A stretch of 64,000 nucleotides of DNA. Source: Guillardia theta CCMP2712. Lineage: Eukaryota; Protista; Cryptophyta. Positions 37,596 to 50,286 of this stretch are shown here, piece after piece. The notes under the pieces were generated by a model that was not told the origin of the DNA, did not search any database, and saw nothing but the letters and a program-made list of their open reading frames with translations. The stretch spans positions 1 to 64,000 of the forward strand of contig NW_005434542.1 in the NCBI RefSeq assembly GCF_000315625.1, written 5' to 3'. The translations under genes were made by a program, and so were the position numbers. Numbering within the stretch: the first letter of the stretch is position 1; each line of letters opens with the position of its first letter.

Positions 37596-39643
37596 ATGTC
37601 TTTCAAGGTCAAGAGATTGAATTGCAAGCTCTTGTTCCTTGCGACGTTGTATGTGCCATGCAGCAGCAGCAGCAGCAGCGATAACACGTTGAGCTCGCAT
37701 GCAAGCCTGGCATGCTCAGGATGGGGAGGAGGAAGCGAAATCATCACCGGCGAGCGGTTGCAAGCCATAGCGGACATCAGCGTTGTGACAGCTTCCTGGC
37801 TTGCTTACCATCGGAGCCTCCCTGACGTGATCAAGGAGGAGCATGCGATCATTCTGATAGACGAGGAGGGGAACATAGTCAGCGGGAACAGGACGAGGCT
37901 TGTGCTGGCAGGGACCGTCTTTGTCTACTCGCATCTTCTTCCTCGCTTCTTCCTCGGGGAAGCTTTCAGCGCCATCTATGCTCCCTTCGTCCTGCTCTCT
38001 CACAACGGAGACGAGGAGCTTGACTTGAGGGAGGGAAGAGGAGAGGAGGAGTGGAAGAAACGAGCAAGGAGCGCCTTGAGCAGCGGAAGGATCATAGGGT
38101 GGTGGGCTCAGAACCTTGTCTGTCCTCACCCTGCCGTCAACTGGCTGCCCATCGGGCTAGCAAACAGCATGTGGCGACATGGTGACTTGACGACAATGTC
38201 CGAGGTGATGAGAAGCAGCCAAGACGCTTCCTCCAAGAACGAATGGCTGCACGTTGCCTTCAAGGTACTCCAGACCTCCATCAAGTCTCCTTCTCTCTTT
38301 CTTTCCTCAACAACTCTGCCTTCGGTGACGCCTCCTCCTCCTCCTCCTCCTCCTCCCTCCCCCCCCCCGGCCCCCCCCCCCCTCAGTCTGTCATTCTCCT
38401 TCTGTCCTCCCCGCCTTCTCCTGTTACTTTTCTACTGTTGATCACTATCACCTGGTTCCTGCAGTGCACTTGCCCAAATTCTCCTCTCGCCTCTCGCCAC
38501 TCTCCTCATTCCTCCCTCCTCCACTGCTTTACCTTCCCCCTCCTCCATGCTGATCGTGGTATCCACTTCAGGTCAGCGAGCATGCGCCGGGACGTCAGCA
38601 AGTCTTCGAGATCTTATCACAGCTGGACTTTGCGACTGTTGAGGGGGAGAAACTTCCGTTCAGGTGACGATCAGGTGCGGTGATGCGAGGAAGTGACAAG
38701 AGAACAAGAGAGTATCTCCTCAAGACTTCATCTCATCGCTTCTGTGGTACGTGAGAGACAATAATACATTTGAGTTCTGCTCCTGCTCTGCTCCTGCTCT
38801 GCTCCTGCTCTTGCTCATCATCCTGAGCAGCTTCTCCTCGCGGGAACGGGATCGACACGCATAGGATGTGGTAAGGTAGAGTCGTGAAGGATGAAGGAGG
38901 AGCGACGAAGTTTGCAGGGAATGCCTCTACTTGCATACCATCCCCATCGTTGAAGACTCCTTGTTTGCTCGTCAGTTTGCAGGAATGATCGTACACGAAA
39001 CAGGTCTAGCCTCTCCTCTCCTCTCCTCTCCTCTCCTCTCCTCTCCTCTCCTCTCCTCTCCTCTCCTCTCCTCTCCTCTCCTCTCCTCTCCTCTCCTCTC
39101 CTCTCCTCTCCTCTCCTCTCCTCTTTCCCCTTCCACCTTGCTTCGTTCTAACCAAGCTCTACTCTTCTTGTGTCCATGATCTTGCATCATAGAAGGAGGC
39201 GAAACCTTCTGCTCCTACACTGTTGAGGTCCTGGGACCTTCGCTTCCTGTCCTCCTCGTCTCTGACTGGAGCTCGGTTCAACTCTGCGTGCTGGAACGAG
39301 CCTGGTAATCAAACTCCCTCCTCCTCCTCCTCCTCCTCCTCCTCCTCCTCTTTCAACTTCCTCCTCCTCCTCTTCCTTGTTCCCCTCTTCATCCTGCTCC
39401 TCCTTCACCTCCTCCTTCTCTTCCTCTTTCCTCCTCCTCGTTCTCCTCCTCGTTCTCCTCCTCCTCCTCCTCCTCCTCGTTCTCCTCCTCGTTCTCCTCC
39501 TCGTTCTCCTCCTCCTCGTTCTCCTCCTCCTCGTTCTCCTCCTCCTCCTCCCGCCTCCTCCTTCTCTTCCTCCTTCTCTTCCTCCCATTGAGCATGTTCT
39601 AGGGAACTTGCTCTCTCCATGGAATGGGACTGGGAGGTGTTGA
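37596..39643 (+). CDS. Exostosin/GT47-like glycosyltransferase
   Basis: Signal peptide; ITGERLQ, VLLSHNGD, WWAQN, LPIGLAN, and spliced SPRGNGIDTHRMWECLYLHTIPIV; end approximate. Confidence 0.78.
39011..39123. repeat. (CTCTC)n pentanucleotide microsatellite in an intron
   Basis: ~22 units. Confidence 0.95.
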
Positions 39644-39852
39644 CAATGTCAAGGTGGAAGAATTTTATCAGATCTCACACACGCGAGGGTCAGTGACAAG
39701 GGCAACAAGACAAGAAAGGCAAAATAGATTCAGATTGCTTTCAGTGTATCATTACATTATTGTTGGACCAACTCGGTCAAGAAATTTACAGACTATTCTT
39801 GTACATGTCATGTTAAGTTTCGCATGTCACGACAGCGAGAAGGCAGGAGTTA

Positions 39853-42805
39853 TTAGCTGCAGAAAGTTTGAGAGCCCAGGAAATTTTGAACCTGATCCCA
39901 TTGCAAGGAAAAAGCTCCTGTTTCATCATCTCCGTTCATCCCCTTCCTGTCCTCAACTCTCTCCTCCCCTCTGTCCTGTCGCCTCTCCTCCCCCCCCTGA
40001 TCGCCTCTGCCCTTCCTCACCCTCCGTCTTCCTGCCTCCCTCTGTCCCTGCACCTCGTCCCTTGTCGCTGGTCCCTCGTCCTCCAGCAGCGTGATCGCCT
40101 CGTCCCAGCACAGGGCCAGCGCATCGAGGCGACAGAAGAGGAAGCTGCGGAAGCAAACGAGAGGAAAGAGGAAGCGATTCAGAGCCTCGTGCAGCAGCAG
40201 CCGCTGAACGCTGGTTGGAGACAGAGCAGCAGGAAACAAGACCACCTCCTCCTCCACCTCCTCGTTTGACTGGAACCCAATCACATGCCCCAAAGAGAAA
40301 TTGCCTCCTCCTCCTCCTCCTCCTCCTCCTCCTCCTCCTCCTCCTCCTCCTCCTCCTCCTCCTCCTCCTCCTATTCTCTGTCTTAGTCTTGCGATGAAAC
40401 TGGAGGCTCCTTCGAGGGAATCTCCATACAGCAACAAGCACACGTCCCTGTCCTCCCAGCTCTTACTCCGCATGAGGAAGGCGGTAGCGACCAACTTCTT
40501 CTGAGCCCCATGGCATCCCTTCCTCGCCGAGCTCAGCATGAAAAGATCGCACCAGCGCTCATAGTAGCAGACGCTGGAGGGCGAGAGGAGGAGGAGCGAG
40601 TATCGATCTCCGTCGCACTTGTGCATCAGCAGAGCATCGTTCCCTGCTGCAAGAGAGATCTCATCCTCCTCCCCCTCGTCGCACTCGATCCCTGCCAGGT
40701 CTCCATCCATCGCCCTGCTGGGGACGAGGCAGGAGGGCAGACCCACAGCCTGTGAGCATGGCGACAAGAGCTGGAGAGAAGGAGACAGAGAGCTCGGGAC
40801 GATGACAAGTTCTCCTCCTTCTTCAGCTTCCATCCCGCAGTCATCTCTCCCGTACACAGCACTCACATATCGCGCCGCCTCTCCTCCTCCTTCCACCACT
40901 GACGCCAGGAAGAATTTTTTCCTCCTCGACCATTCAGACCGCGGGTTGAAATCCTCCTCGCACAAGGAGGCTACAGGGACGTGCTGCGGATGGTTGACTG
41001 ACGACAGGGTCCCTGCTTCCTTCCTCTCCACGTCTGATCCCCAGTACCCATCCTGCAACAGCAGTCAGCACAGACAGCTAGCATGTCTGAGAGGAAGAGC
41101 AACAGGTTTCACCATCAGCACGCGCAAGCACGCAGACGTCAACATCTTCTCACCTGAAAGAACGCCGGGTCTTTGAGAATGTAACCCTCCAGCAGCCCTC
41201 GCTCGATGAGAGCAGGCAGCATGTTGTCTATGGCAAGGAAAACTGGGTCGCACAGCTCCAGCACCCTCTCCGCTCCCTTCCTCGTGAAGATGATGGCTCC
41301 CGAGCAGCGCGGACGGTTAGCGCGGACCAGGAGGGAGGAAGAAGCCTGCTGCAAGCACAGGACCCGGCACCTCTCGAAGCAGAATTCAAGATGCAACAGG
41401 TCAGCAGACGGCGGGAGCTCGCGCATGGCGGAGGAGATTCGATGACCGACAGCACGAGGGTCATCCTGCACCATGAGATCGTCCTCAAAGATGCCGAACA
41501 TGCTCGCTCCTGTCTCCAGCCCTTGCCGCACCAACTCGAGCTGGTCGAGAGCTCGAGCGACAAACCTCCTCACGGCACTGAGGGACGTACTTGAGTCTGC
41601 ACCCATCAGCTGGAGGCCAGCTAGGGACAGCCTCCCCTCCTCCACCAGCTCGTCGAGGTCGAGGCTGCTGCCCAACGTGACACGGGGGAAGAGAAGTCGC
41701 GACATCCCGAGGGCTGGCAGGAGCCGCTCCATGCTCCTCCTCCTGTCCTTCCTGTCAGGCAGGTTGATCACGTAGATGGGGATGTCGATGGTGGGAGGTG
41801 GCAGGGCATGAGCTGCAGGCAGATCTCCTCGCGCGATCTTGTTCGTGTGCTGGGCTGCGAGTTGGAGGTGTTCGAACAGGTTGAGGAGCTGAAAGTTTGT
41901 ACAAGTTCCAACGAGCGAGCAGGACCGGTCTTCCTCACAGTTGCAAAGGGGGTCGTAGCACTCGATGCCTAGCTTTGGAGAGGCCCTGAGGCCGGAGGGC
42001 TTTGACTCGCTCATGCAAACATGCACACTCTGGAAGAGAGAACTCTCGTAGCTGCTGCCTGCTGTCCTGACTGACAAGTTGATGAACAAGGAGTAGTTGT
42101 AGCAACCTGTAGCCACAGCCAGCTCATGCTTCAGTTCCTCACGTCGGGCTGATGCACCAAGCAGCTTCATATCACTCTCACTGTACGTCTTCTCGTCCAT
42201 GAAGCTTGTTGGTCCGAAAGTAACATTGGTTTGAAGAGAAACCGACACTCCTTGAGAGCAGCCGCCGTGAGTTCCTACAGAGAACCTTGATGTAAGGTAT
42301 AGCTTGCCCCCGATGAGAACTGGTCGGTAGCCCTCTCTATCCGCACCTCCGGCCCACGACAGGCGTGCACTTGATCCTGCGCATGATACTTGACGCCGAG
42401 GCCCTCGTGGGAAAGGAGAACAGCAGCAGCATAATCCCCAGCACCTAGGCCATGCAGCGATATCTGACATGCTAGTCCTGCAGTGCCGTGTGATTCTTCA
42501 TGGCAGTGTCTGCATACCGGATAGGATCCTTCCTCCCGTGCACTCTCTGTCCCTTGCCGCATGTCTGGCTTGAGCTGAAGGCGGACATGGAGGTCCCAGC
42601 CGCTGCAGTCTTGTCGTAATGCAGTCCAACCATGAGCTTGCTCGCCTGCATCTAACTTGAAGGGAAAGAGCAGCACGGAGCTGTTTCCTCGGAGTGTCTG
42701 CACCAAGACAACCGTGGGGAGGAGGATGGAGATTGCATGAGCTCGGATGGCAGCAAAGAGAATGAGCAAGTGTGCTGAGCTCACTTGTTGTGCCCAGCAT
42801 CCCAT
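39853..42805 (-). CDS. Secretory-pathway glycosyltransferase family 25-like protein with uncharacterised flanking regions
   Basis: Signal-like N-terminus; IPIYVINLPDRKDRRRSM, GIFEDD, AIIFTRKGAERVL, AIDNML motifs typical of GT25. Confidence 0.78.
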
Positions 42806-42882
42806 GCTCCTTCAACCTCCGCCCCCCTCCGCCATCTCAATCCCCCCCCCCCTTCCCCATTCCGCCTTCAATCCCAGCTCAC

Positions 42883-42903
42883 CTTTTTACTCAAAGTTAA
42901 GTT
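42883..42903. promoter_or_regulatory. Conserved 21-bp intergenic element, copy 2
   Basis: Identical to 5159-5179; lies between the divergent GT25 and MYB genes. Confidence 0.5.
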
Positions 42904-43227
42904 CAAAATGAGTACCAGGACGATCAGTTCACGATCGGAGCTCTAGTGATTGGCTCCGATCGGGCGGGCCGTAAGAGCCGGTCAGCAAACTTCCCGGACT
43001 CGCCTCAGAATGGGGGCAACATTCGGGTCGGGGATTTCGGAACCAAGAGGTTTAGTAATTGATATGTCACGTTACCAAACCTGACAGGGATGATTTGCTG
43101 ACAGATCTGTGTCAGCAAGTAAACATCACCTCGAAAATAGAGACATTCAGAATTACTGCAGGGGATCGTAAGTTACCACACGCAACTTCTGTCCCCAGGT
43201 TCCTGATTTACAATTCCCCCGGTACGC

Positions 43228-43866
43228 ATGCCCGTCGCTGCCAACATGCTTCCTCCCTCCCGCACTCCTCCCTCCTCCTTCTCTGTCGACGATGCTGTCG
43301 ACGCTATCTGGACTGGCTCCTCTTTCCTTCCTTGTGACCCCATGCAGCTGTCAGCCTTCCTCTCCTTGTACCTCGACAAGACCCCGCTCGGGTACTGCTG
43401 GACCCCAGAGACTGCCCCCGAGGACTGCATGCCCTCCAATGGTCTCGGAGCGATGCCAGCCATCTTGTCTTACGAGAGCAGCACACCGATGAGCATTGAC
43501 TGGACGGCGGAAGCTCCAGTGCACCATGGGGGCACTCCGAGCGAGTCGTCTGAGGCGTCTTCGAGCGACTGCGAAGTTTCCATGGGTGTCGCAGCAACGA
43601 GAAGGGACGAAGGGAAGACAGGAAGTCAGCAGAATCAGAGTCAGTGGACGAAGGAGGAGCATGATCGGTTTCTACAGGCGTTGAAGAAATATCTTCCATC
43701 TGGAGCTCGTGAAGACCCGGTGACAGGGAAGGTATCGGTCGGGCTAGGAGCTGGAGTTGCGAAGAAGGTGTCAGAATTCGTGGGGACGAGAACTCCTCTA
43801 CAAGTCAGGTCGCATGCGCAGAAGTATTTTTTGAGGCTGAACAAGAATCGAGGATGTCGTCGTTGA
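43228..43866 (+). CDS. SHAQKYF-class MYB-related transcription factor (copy 1, intronless)
   Basis: WTKEEHDRFLQAL...TRTPLQVRSHAQKYF. Confidence 0.93.
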   Translation: MPVAANMLPPSRTPPSSFSVDDAVDAIWTGSSFLPCDPMQLSAFLSLYLDKTPLGYCWTPETAPEDCMPSNGLGAMPAILSYESSTPMSIDWTAEAPVHHGGTPSESSEASSSDCEVSMGVAATRRDEGKTGSQQNQSQWTKEEHDRFLQALKKYLPSGAREDPVTGKVSVGLGAGVAKKVSEFVGTRTPLQVRSHAQKYFLRLNKNRGCRR

Positions 43867-44087
43867 TATTCCACGTTTAATGAATTAATATTCCAGATTA
43901 CCACCTCGATTTGTACACTGAGAACTTATCTTTTCAACTTCAATGATTGAATGCTCTGATGCAATGATTGAAAGAAGCATGATCGTATTCATCAAAGAGA
44001 ATGGCGATACCGTTCGATTGAAAAGACTTGTACTGACAAGGAATCGCTTTACTGCTGGTTCAACCTCCCACCGACATTCCAAGAATG

Positions 44088-44726
44088 TCAACGACGATAT
44101 CCTCGATTCTTGTTCAGCCTCAAAAAATACTTCTGCGCATGCGACCTGACTTGTAGAGGAGTTCTCGTCCCCACGAATTCTGACACCTTCTTCGCAACTC
44201 CAGCTCCTAGCCCGACCGATACCTTCCCTGTCACCGGGTCTTCACGAGCTCCAGATGGAAGATATTTCTTCAACGCCTGTAGAAACCGATCATGCTCCTC
44301 CTTCGTCCACTGACTCTGATTCTGCTGACTTCCTGTCGTCCCTTCGTCCCTTCTCGTTGCTGCGACACCCATGGAAACTTCGCAGTCGCTCGAAGACGCC
44401 TCAGACGACTCGCTCGGAGTGCCCCCATGGTGCACTGGAGCTTCCGCCGTCCAGTCAATGCTCATCGGTGTGCTGCTCTCGTAAGACAAGATGGCTGGCA
44501 TCGCTCCGAGACCATTGGAGGGCATGCAGTCCTCGGGGGCAGTCTCTGGGGTCCAGCAGTACCCGAGCGGGGTCTTGTCGAGGTACAAGGAGAGGAAGGC
44601 TGACAGCTGCATGGGGTCACAAGGAAGGATAGAGGAGCCAGTCCAGATAGCGTCGACAGCATCGTCGACAGAGAAGGAGGAGGGAGGAGGGCGGGAGGGA
44701 GGAAGCATGTTGGCAGCGACGTGCAT
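44088..44726 (-). CDS. SHAQKYF-class MYB-related transcription factor (copy 2, inverted near-identical duplicate of copy 1)
   Basis: 5 nucleotide differences in 639 bp versus 43228-43866. Confidence 0.93.
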   Translation of the reverse strand: MHVAANMLPPSRPPPSSFSVDDAVDAIWTGSSILPCDPMQLSAFLSLYLDKTPLGYCWTPETAPEDCMPSNGLGAMPAILSYESSTPMSIDWTAEAPVHHGGTPSESSEASSSDCEVSMGVAATRRDEGTTGSQQNQSQWTKEEHDRFLQALKKYLPSGAREDPVTGKVSVGLGAGVAKKVSEFVGTRTPLQVRSHAQKYFLRLNKNRGYRR

Positions 44727-45590
44727 GGAAACTCGAGGAACAGATCCGGATCTGTACTGCGTGAACTGCTGTACAACTTTGTTATTATAAGGTGTAGTAA
44801 ACGCTATTTATGAGCTGCGACTACAGAAAGACTCTTTTTCAAATCTTTGAAGGTGTCGATGCCGGAGGATCCCGATCAAGGGGTTTTATCCTTTTGACTG
44901 CTTGCGGAAATTATGAGTAATATGTTTACTCTACAAATCATCTCCAGTCATGGGAGAGGCAGATCAAGTCACGAGGATGGAGGACGGCCCCGTCATCGGT
45001 CACGAGGGATGATGGTCAAGGGTCATCACATCGAAAGAGCGGAGTTTGACGCCGAGCATGTGTAGTAAGATGGAATGTAAAGGTGCCAACTTCTTCAATT
45101 GAGTTCAGTGATGTCATCAGAATGGTCTCATGACCACCTAATGTTGTCATCAAAAGGACTTAGCTCTTTGGGTGGATGCCGAGTAGATTTCTAATTCAAC
45201 ACTCGAGGAAAACTAGCTATCAGAGCAACTAGAGGATTTGAGATGAATTCAGCCTGCGAAAGGGCAAATGCTGACGGTCATCGAGTCCATGTGCACGAAA
45301 TCCGTGCGTGACAGAGCTTGTTTCTCTAGCGAAACGACGTAATTTTGATATTTTACATCACTCGGGCCGGAGTGCACATCTATTCCTTGTGATTCAAGGG
45401 GAGCGAAGCTCTGGCAGAAACCAACCTGAACGACCACGAGCAAACAAAGCAGGTGAAGAAGACAGACAAGCTCAGAGAATCGATCGATTTCTGATCTGAA
45501 GACAACACAAAGGGGAACACACACATATTATCGGTACAATCTCAGGGACTTCGTTGAAACATCACAACATCGCTGATAGTCGGCAAAAAA

Positions 45591-46376
45591 ATGCAAACCT
45601 CGGCGAATTCTTTAGAAGATGCAATCGCCTCCCTTTACCCGGAGGATGTTGCTGCCAACAGCAAGAAGGACTACGTTCAAGACCACCTTCTTCATCAGGA
45701 GAATCATCTTATGCATTCATCTTTTCCGAGTTTCAATGTCGTCATGACATCAACGTCTGCCCTCTTCGAGCCTCCAGTCACTCACAATCATCACCACCAC
45801 CATCAAACTTTCACTCAAGACGAGAATCAATGTGCTGTGAAGCAAAACTATGACAACTTGTGTAACCCAGTCGTCCTGGGTCATGTGGTGGATGAATTCA
45901 GCTCGATGGTAATGCCGGGCCCTCAGCAACAAGGTTACAACTTCTACAACGCCGGCGGATCTCACTATGGAACGCATCAGGCCCAGGAGACGTCGCAACG
46001 ATCGGATTGGTTCGCTCATTCTTCCGTTTCTTTCAACCACCTCCCTGCTTCCACGTTACACCAGGGATTCATGCCGCAGCCGTACATGCCGCCGATGGGA
46101 TTTAGCCAGCACAGCAGCATTGCTGACACGTCCTCAAGTTACAATCAGAGCCAGTGGACGGACGAGGAGCACAACAAGTTCCTTGTTGCCCTAGAGAAGT
46201 TCTGTCCGGAAGCGTGCCGTGCAAGGGAGAAAGGGAAGGTGTTTGTTGGGCTGGGAGCTGGAGTAGCGAAGAAGATTTCTCAGGCGGTTGGGACCAGGTC
46301 GGTTCTACAAGTCCGCTCTCATGCGCAGAAGCACTTCCTTCGAGAAAGCAAGAAGGTCAAGGCAGAAACCCCGTAG
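45591..46376 (+). CDS. SHAQKYF-class MYB-related transcription factor (copy 3, SHAQKHF)
   Basis: WTDEEHNKFLVAL...QVRSHAQKHF; His/Gln-rich N-terminus. Confidence 0.92.
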   Translation: MQTSANSLEDAIASLYPEDVAANSKKDYVQDHLLHQENHLMHSSFPSFNVVMTSTSALFEPPVTHNHHHHHQTFTQDENQCAVKQNYDNLCNPVVLGHVVDEFSSMVMPGPQQQGYNFYNAGGSHYGTHQAQETSQRSDWFAHSSVSFNHLPASTLHQGFMPQPYMPPMGFSQHSSIADTSSSYNQSQWTDEEHNKFLVALEKFCPEACRAREKGKVFVGLGAGVAKKISQAVGTRSVLQVRSHAQKHFLRESKKVKAETP

Positions 46377-47086
46377 CTAGGTTGTCTTCCGAGCCTTCCG
46401 AGTCCCGGGTGATGATCCGAGGCTTAATCGGTGGCCGCTCAGCTGATGAATAAAGTTTTATTAATAGTTCAACTTCTGCTGTCACGCCGCACGTTGGAGG
46501 CTCGACTCGGGTGATCATTCCCATGTCTGCATTCCTGTATCTTGTGTCAATCGTGCAGATCTGTAAGTCACGTTTCAGGATCGGATCATGAGGTCACTGC
46601 CATGATGAGCAGCGAGTCAACGAAGTCGCCGGCACGGGCCGCCCGGCCGCCGGGCCCTGCCTCAGTCACTAGTCCCGGCTCTGTACTTCTAGGTCATCCC
46701 ACATCCCCCCTCAGAAACAACGGTCAGCTGCAGCTTCCAGTGCAGCTTCAGGATCTGGTTGCGCAAGCTTTGTTCGTCTGTTTGGGGGGTCCGGAGGCGA
46801 TAGGGAGAGGAAGGAGACGATACAGGAGGAGAGGGAGAGGGAGAAGGACTTGAAGGAAGGGCTGTGATCATCCGTAGTGAGACCCACCTTCATCCTCCTC
46901 TGCTTCATTCAATCCGATGGCAACGGATGAGGAGGGAGGGGGAGCAGGATGAGAAGGAATTGCATTATGTTGGGAGGACGGAGGTGGGTGGGGAGGAAGA
47001 ATACCGAGGGAGAAGAAGAGAGGCGCTGGTCATGTAGGAGGGTTCAACCATGAGCTGAAACCCATTAAGATCGCTGTTAGGTGAGG

Positions 47087-48346
47087 ATGCTGGCGATTTC
47101 CAAGAAGCCGCTCGGAAGGCAGCAGACGACGGCGACCATGACCGTCCCTGACGACAAAACCATCCCCCACATGCCACCTCTCCACACAGCATGCCATAGG
47201 TTGTTCTCTAGCGCGCTGCTCCCTGCCATGGTTGATCCTGATGGAAACAGAGGTTCGATGGCTGAAGTCAAGAAGTGGGTAGAGATGGGAGAGGACGTCA
47301 ACGAGCAGACTAAGGTCAGTACGTTGAAGGAAGAGAGCGGTGGGTGCTCTCGTGTACTTTCCTCCATGCTCCTCGCCTCCTCCCTCCTCCTTTCTTTAGT
47401 CCTCTGCTCCCTCCCGTGCTCCCCTGATCTCTTGCCGCAGTCAGGACTCACTCCGCTAATGTGCGCCTGCAAAACTATCGGGCCTAAGCCGGACGACGAT
47501 CAGATCGTCAACTTTCTGATTGAGCAGCGCGCCAACGTCGATCTACAGGACGAGGTTCACGGGGAGGAGTAGCATGTGGAAATCGTGACAGGGGGGCAGA
47601 TGGGAGACACTGCGCTGCATGTCGCTGCTGCCACTCGAGACCCGAGCATCCCCCTTCTTCCCACTGGGTACCACAGGTGAAGAAAGCATGAGGGAGACTG
47701 CACTAGTCACTCGGGATACTTCCTCTCGTCGCAGACAGCTTCCCTCTCCCGCTCCAACTCCTCCTCCTCCTTCCCATCTCCTCATTATCCTTCTTGCTTT
47801 CATCCTTGCACTCATTTTTCTGCTCATGAGCTTTGTAGGCTCCTCCAGGCTTTGATGGCTGGCAAGGCAAACGTCAACATTTACAACAAGCTTGGACAAA
47901 CTGCACTTCATCGCGCGTCATTGGTACAAGACAATGATCCGTGTGTTTTTGTTGCGTGTGTCCCCTTGAGAAGTGATCCCGCCCGCTCTCTTTCTCATCT
48001 TGAACCTCCTTTGTGCGAATGTGGCTGTCATCAGTCAATTGCTCTGTTGAATCGGATCAGAATGTCACAACCTGAACGTGACACCTCTTATTCAGCGAGG
48101 AAAAAAAGAATGCATCACGATGTTGCTAGAGGCAAATGCAGATCTGGAGATGATGGATCGGTTTGTAATCACCCTGCTCGTGTGTAAAGTGACACCGACA
48201 ACAGATCTGGAAGAAAGGCCATCGACGTAGCGTTTGACGAAGAAAGCAGATCGATGCTCGCTCCTCCTGCGGTTCTTTTGGCTTGTGTGCATGAATCCCT
48301 TGACTGGAACATACAGGAAAACAATGAAGGAGAGGAAGACGAGTGA
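47087..48346 (+). CDS. Ankyrin-repeat protein (multi-exon)
   Basis: GLTPLMCAC, ANVDLQD, GDTALHVAA, ANVNIYNKLGQTALHRAS, ANADLE; start uncertain. Confidence 0.85.
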
Positions 48347-48445
48347 TTCACCAAGGATAGAGCAATCCATATTTGCCGTGTAACATCTTTACTCTAAAGA
48401 TTTGAGTTGACCTCAACATTTACAAGAATGCACTCCTCTATCACT

Positions 48446-49138
48446 CTACACCTTGCACGACTTCCTGCTCTGCTTCAAGAAAAACTTCTGAGCGTGAGAT
48501 CGAACTTGCAAGACTGATCTTGTCTTAACATACGCAGCAATCTGCTTCGCTACACCGTTGCCTAGCCCTACGAACACCCGACCGCTGTCAGTGGATTGCC
48601 GCGTTGACTGCGAGCCATACTTTTCCAGCGCTTCTAAGAATCGCTCATGCTCCTCTGCTGTCCATTGCGACTGCACTTGCTTCTTTCCAGCGGGCTTCCC
48701 ACGAGTGGAAGGAAGAACCCGCCCGTAGAATTCAAACTTGTTGTCCACCGAGTCCGAGTCAGAGTCCGACGAGCTACCACAACCAACTGTGCTCCATGCT
48801 TCGATGAAGCCTGCTGCTTGGTCCTGCTGCTTGGTCTGCTGTGAAAACAACGAGAAGACTGGATCGGGAAAGACGCTTACGGTCTTCTCTTCCAAGCAAG
48901 AGTGCCATGTGTCGCATGACAGTGGAAACTCGTTACACTCTCCTTCGCCCAAGCTGTGGCAAATACTCTCGACTTCACACTCTGCAGCCATAACATGGAA
49001 GCCATAATGAAGATCAGAGCTCTTGGAATCATGAAGGATCTCTTCACTGGACTCGTGAAGAGGAAGGGCATACCAATTCTCCTCTTCGTTCAACATTTCG
49101 GTACAGTCCAGGCTATGCATGAACGGATCGTGAAACAT
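48446..49138 (-). CDS. SHAQKYF-class MYB-related transcription factor (copy 4, SHAQKFF)
   Basis: WTAEEHERFLEAL...QVRSHAQKFF; first ATG 49138. Confidence 0.92.
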   Translation of the reverse strand: MFHDPFMHSLDCTEMLNEEENWYALPLHESSEEILHDSKSSDLHYGFHVMAAECEVESICHSLGEGECNEFPLSCDTWHSCLEEKTVSVFPDPVFSLFSQQTKQQDQAAGFIEAWSTVGCGSSSDSDSDSVDNKFEFYGRVLPSTRGKPAGKKQVQSQWTAEEHERFLEALEKYGSQSTRQSTDSGRVFVGLGNGVAKQIAAYVKTRSVLQVRSHAQKFFLKQSRKSCKV

Positions 49139-50286
49139 GTCAATTGTCGCTTGTGTAGACTTGCAGAGTATTTCGTAACGTCGAGTTGTTCTTGACTTTA
49201 ACTTCTTCCTCAGCTTCTTCCTCACTGTGTTGCCTTGGCTTTCGTGGCTGGCGCTTGCGCTCTATGCGTTTGCCCTCACGTCCTCTGCTTGATATGCGGA
49301 ACCCACAAGTCTCGTCCCCCACCCCACCCCCTCTTTTCCTCTGATTACTACCCACTGTTTGTCGGCTTTTTACTTCACGTTCTTGTGGAAAGATGCTATT
49401 TCGACTCGGCTAAGGACAGCTGACATGAAGCTATAAATTCGCCAATCCACCCCTCCAATTTAGCTTCAAAACACCCGTACACACGTAAATGGGGGGACGA
49501 TGCATTTCCGCAAGTCAGGTTGATGGTCAGCACTGTAGTAAAGAGAAGTGTCATCCAACAACATAACTCAACGATTCCGGGAACCCCGAATTTATAAAAG
49601 TGGTTTTATATTTGAAATCGAGTGGTATCCGGAAGTAACGTGACTCTTCATTAACACCTGGATGGCGATCACGAGGTCATGGTCTCCGGACTCTATTTTC
49701 GCTTCAAATTTCGTTTGATTCCGAACCCCGAGCGAAAGATTTCGGGACGGAGGGCATGACAAGGAAATATGACCTTTGTTTTCAAATTTCCTCATCTAAT
49801 TTGAGCCTGAACCCGAAATATGGGAACCAATCGTGAACTGTGACTGTCGGTATCGCTGGAGGGATTGGCTTTAGTGAGTAACATTATTAGTTATAGAAAA
49901 TGGTACGAAGTTATCCGCCTTTACTGTGAGTGAACAGAGAGATCTTGGAGTCGTTGAAGTTGTGATGAGCTACAAGAAATGGCGGCACAGATTGAATGTT
50001 GCATGGAAAGATAGGGAGACAACAAGTATGCAAAGCTCTCTCATGGGGGAGCTGTGATGGGTCCTATCCTTGTTGACTTCTCGGTCGAACCGGCTTGATA
50101 GTCGGATGCAAGGTGTGAATATTCATCATGAGTCCCAGATGTGTAGATAAAGAACTAACCCCTTTTTAATATAGCCCCTTCTCGAGTAGAGACGAGACTT
50201 GTAATCAAGTCATTAATAACACTCAACATCTAAACAGAACAGCAGAAGACAATGAAAATTTTGAAACGAGAGCTGCGATGTTACAA

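Noticed and set aside
30250-40400. Many ORFs with poly-E, poly-L, poly-P, SSPLL or GEERR runs
   Set aside because: Translations of intronic or intergenic microsatellites that lack stop codons
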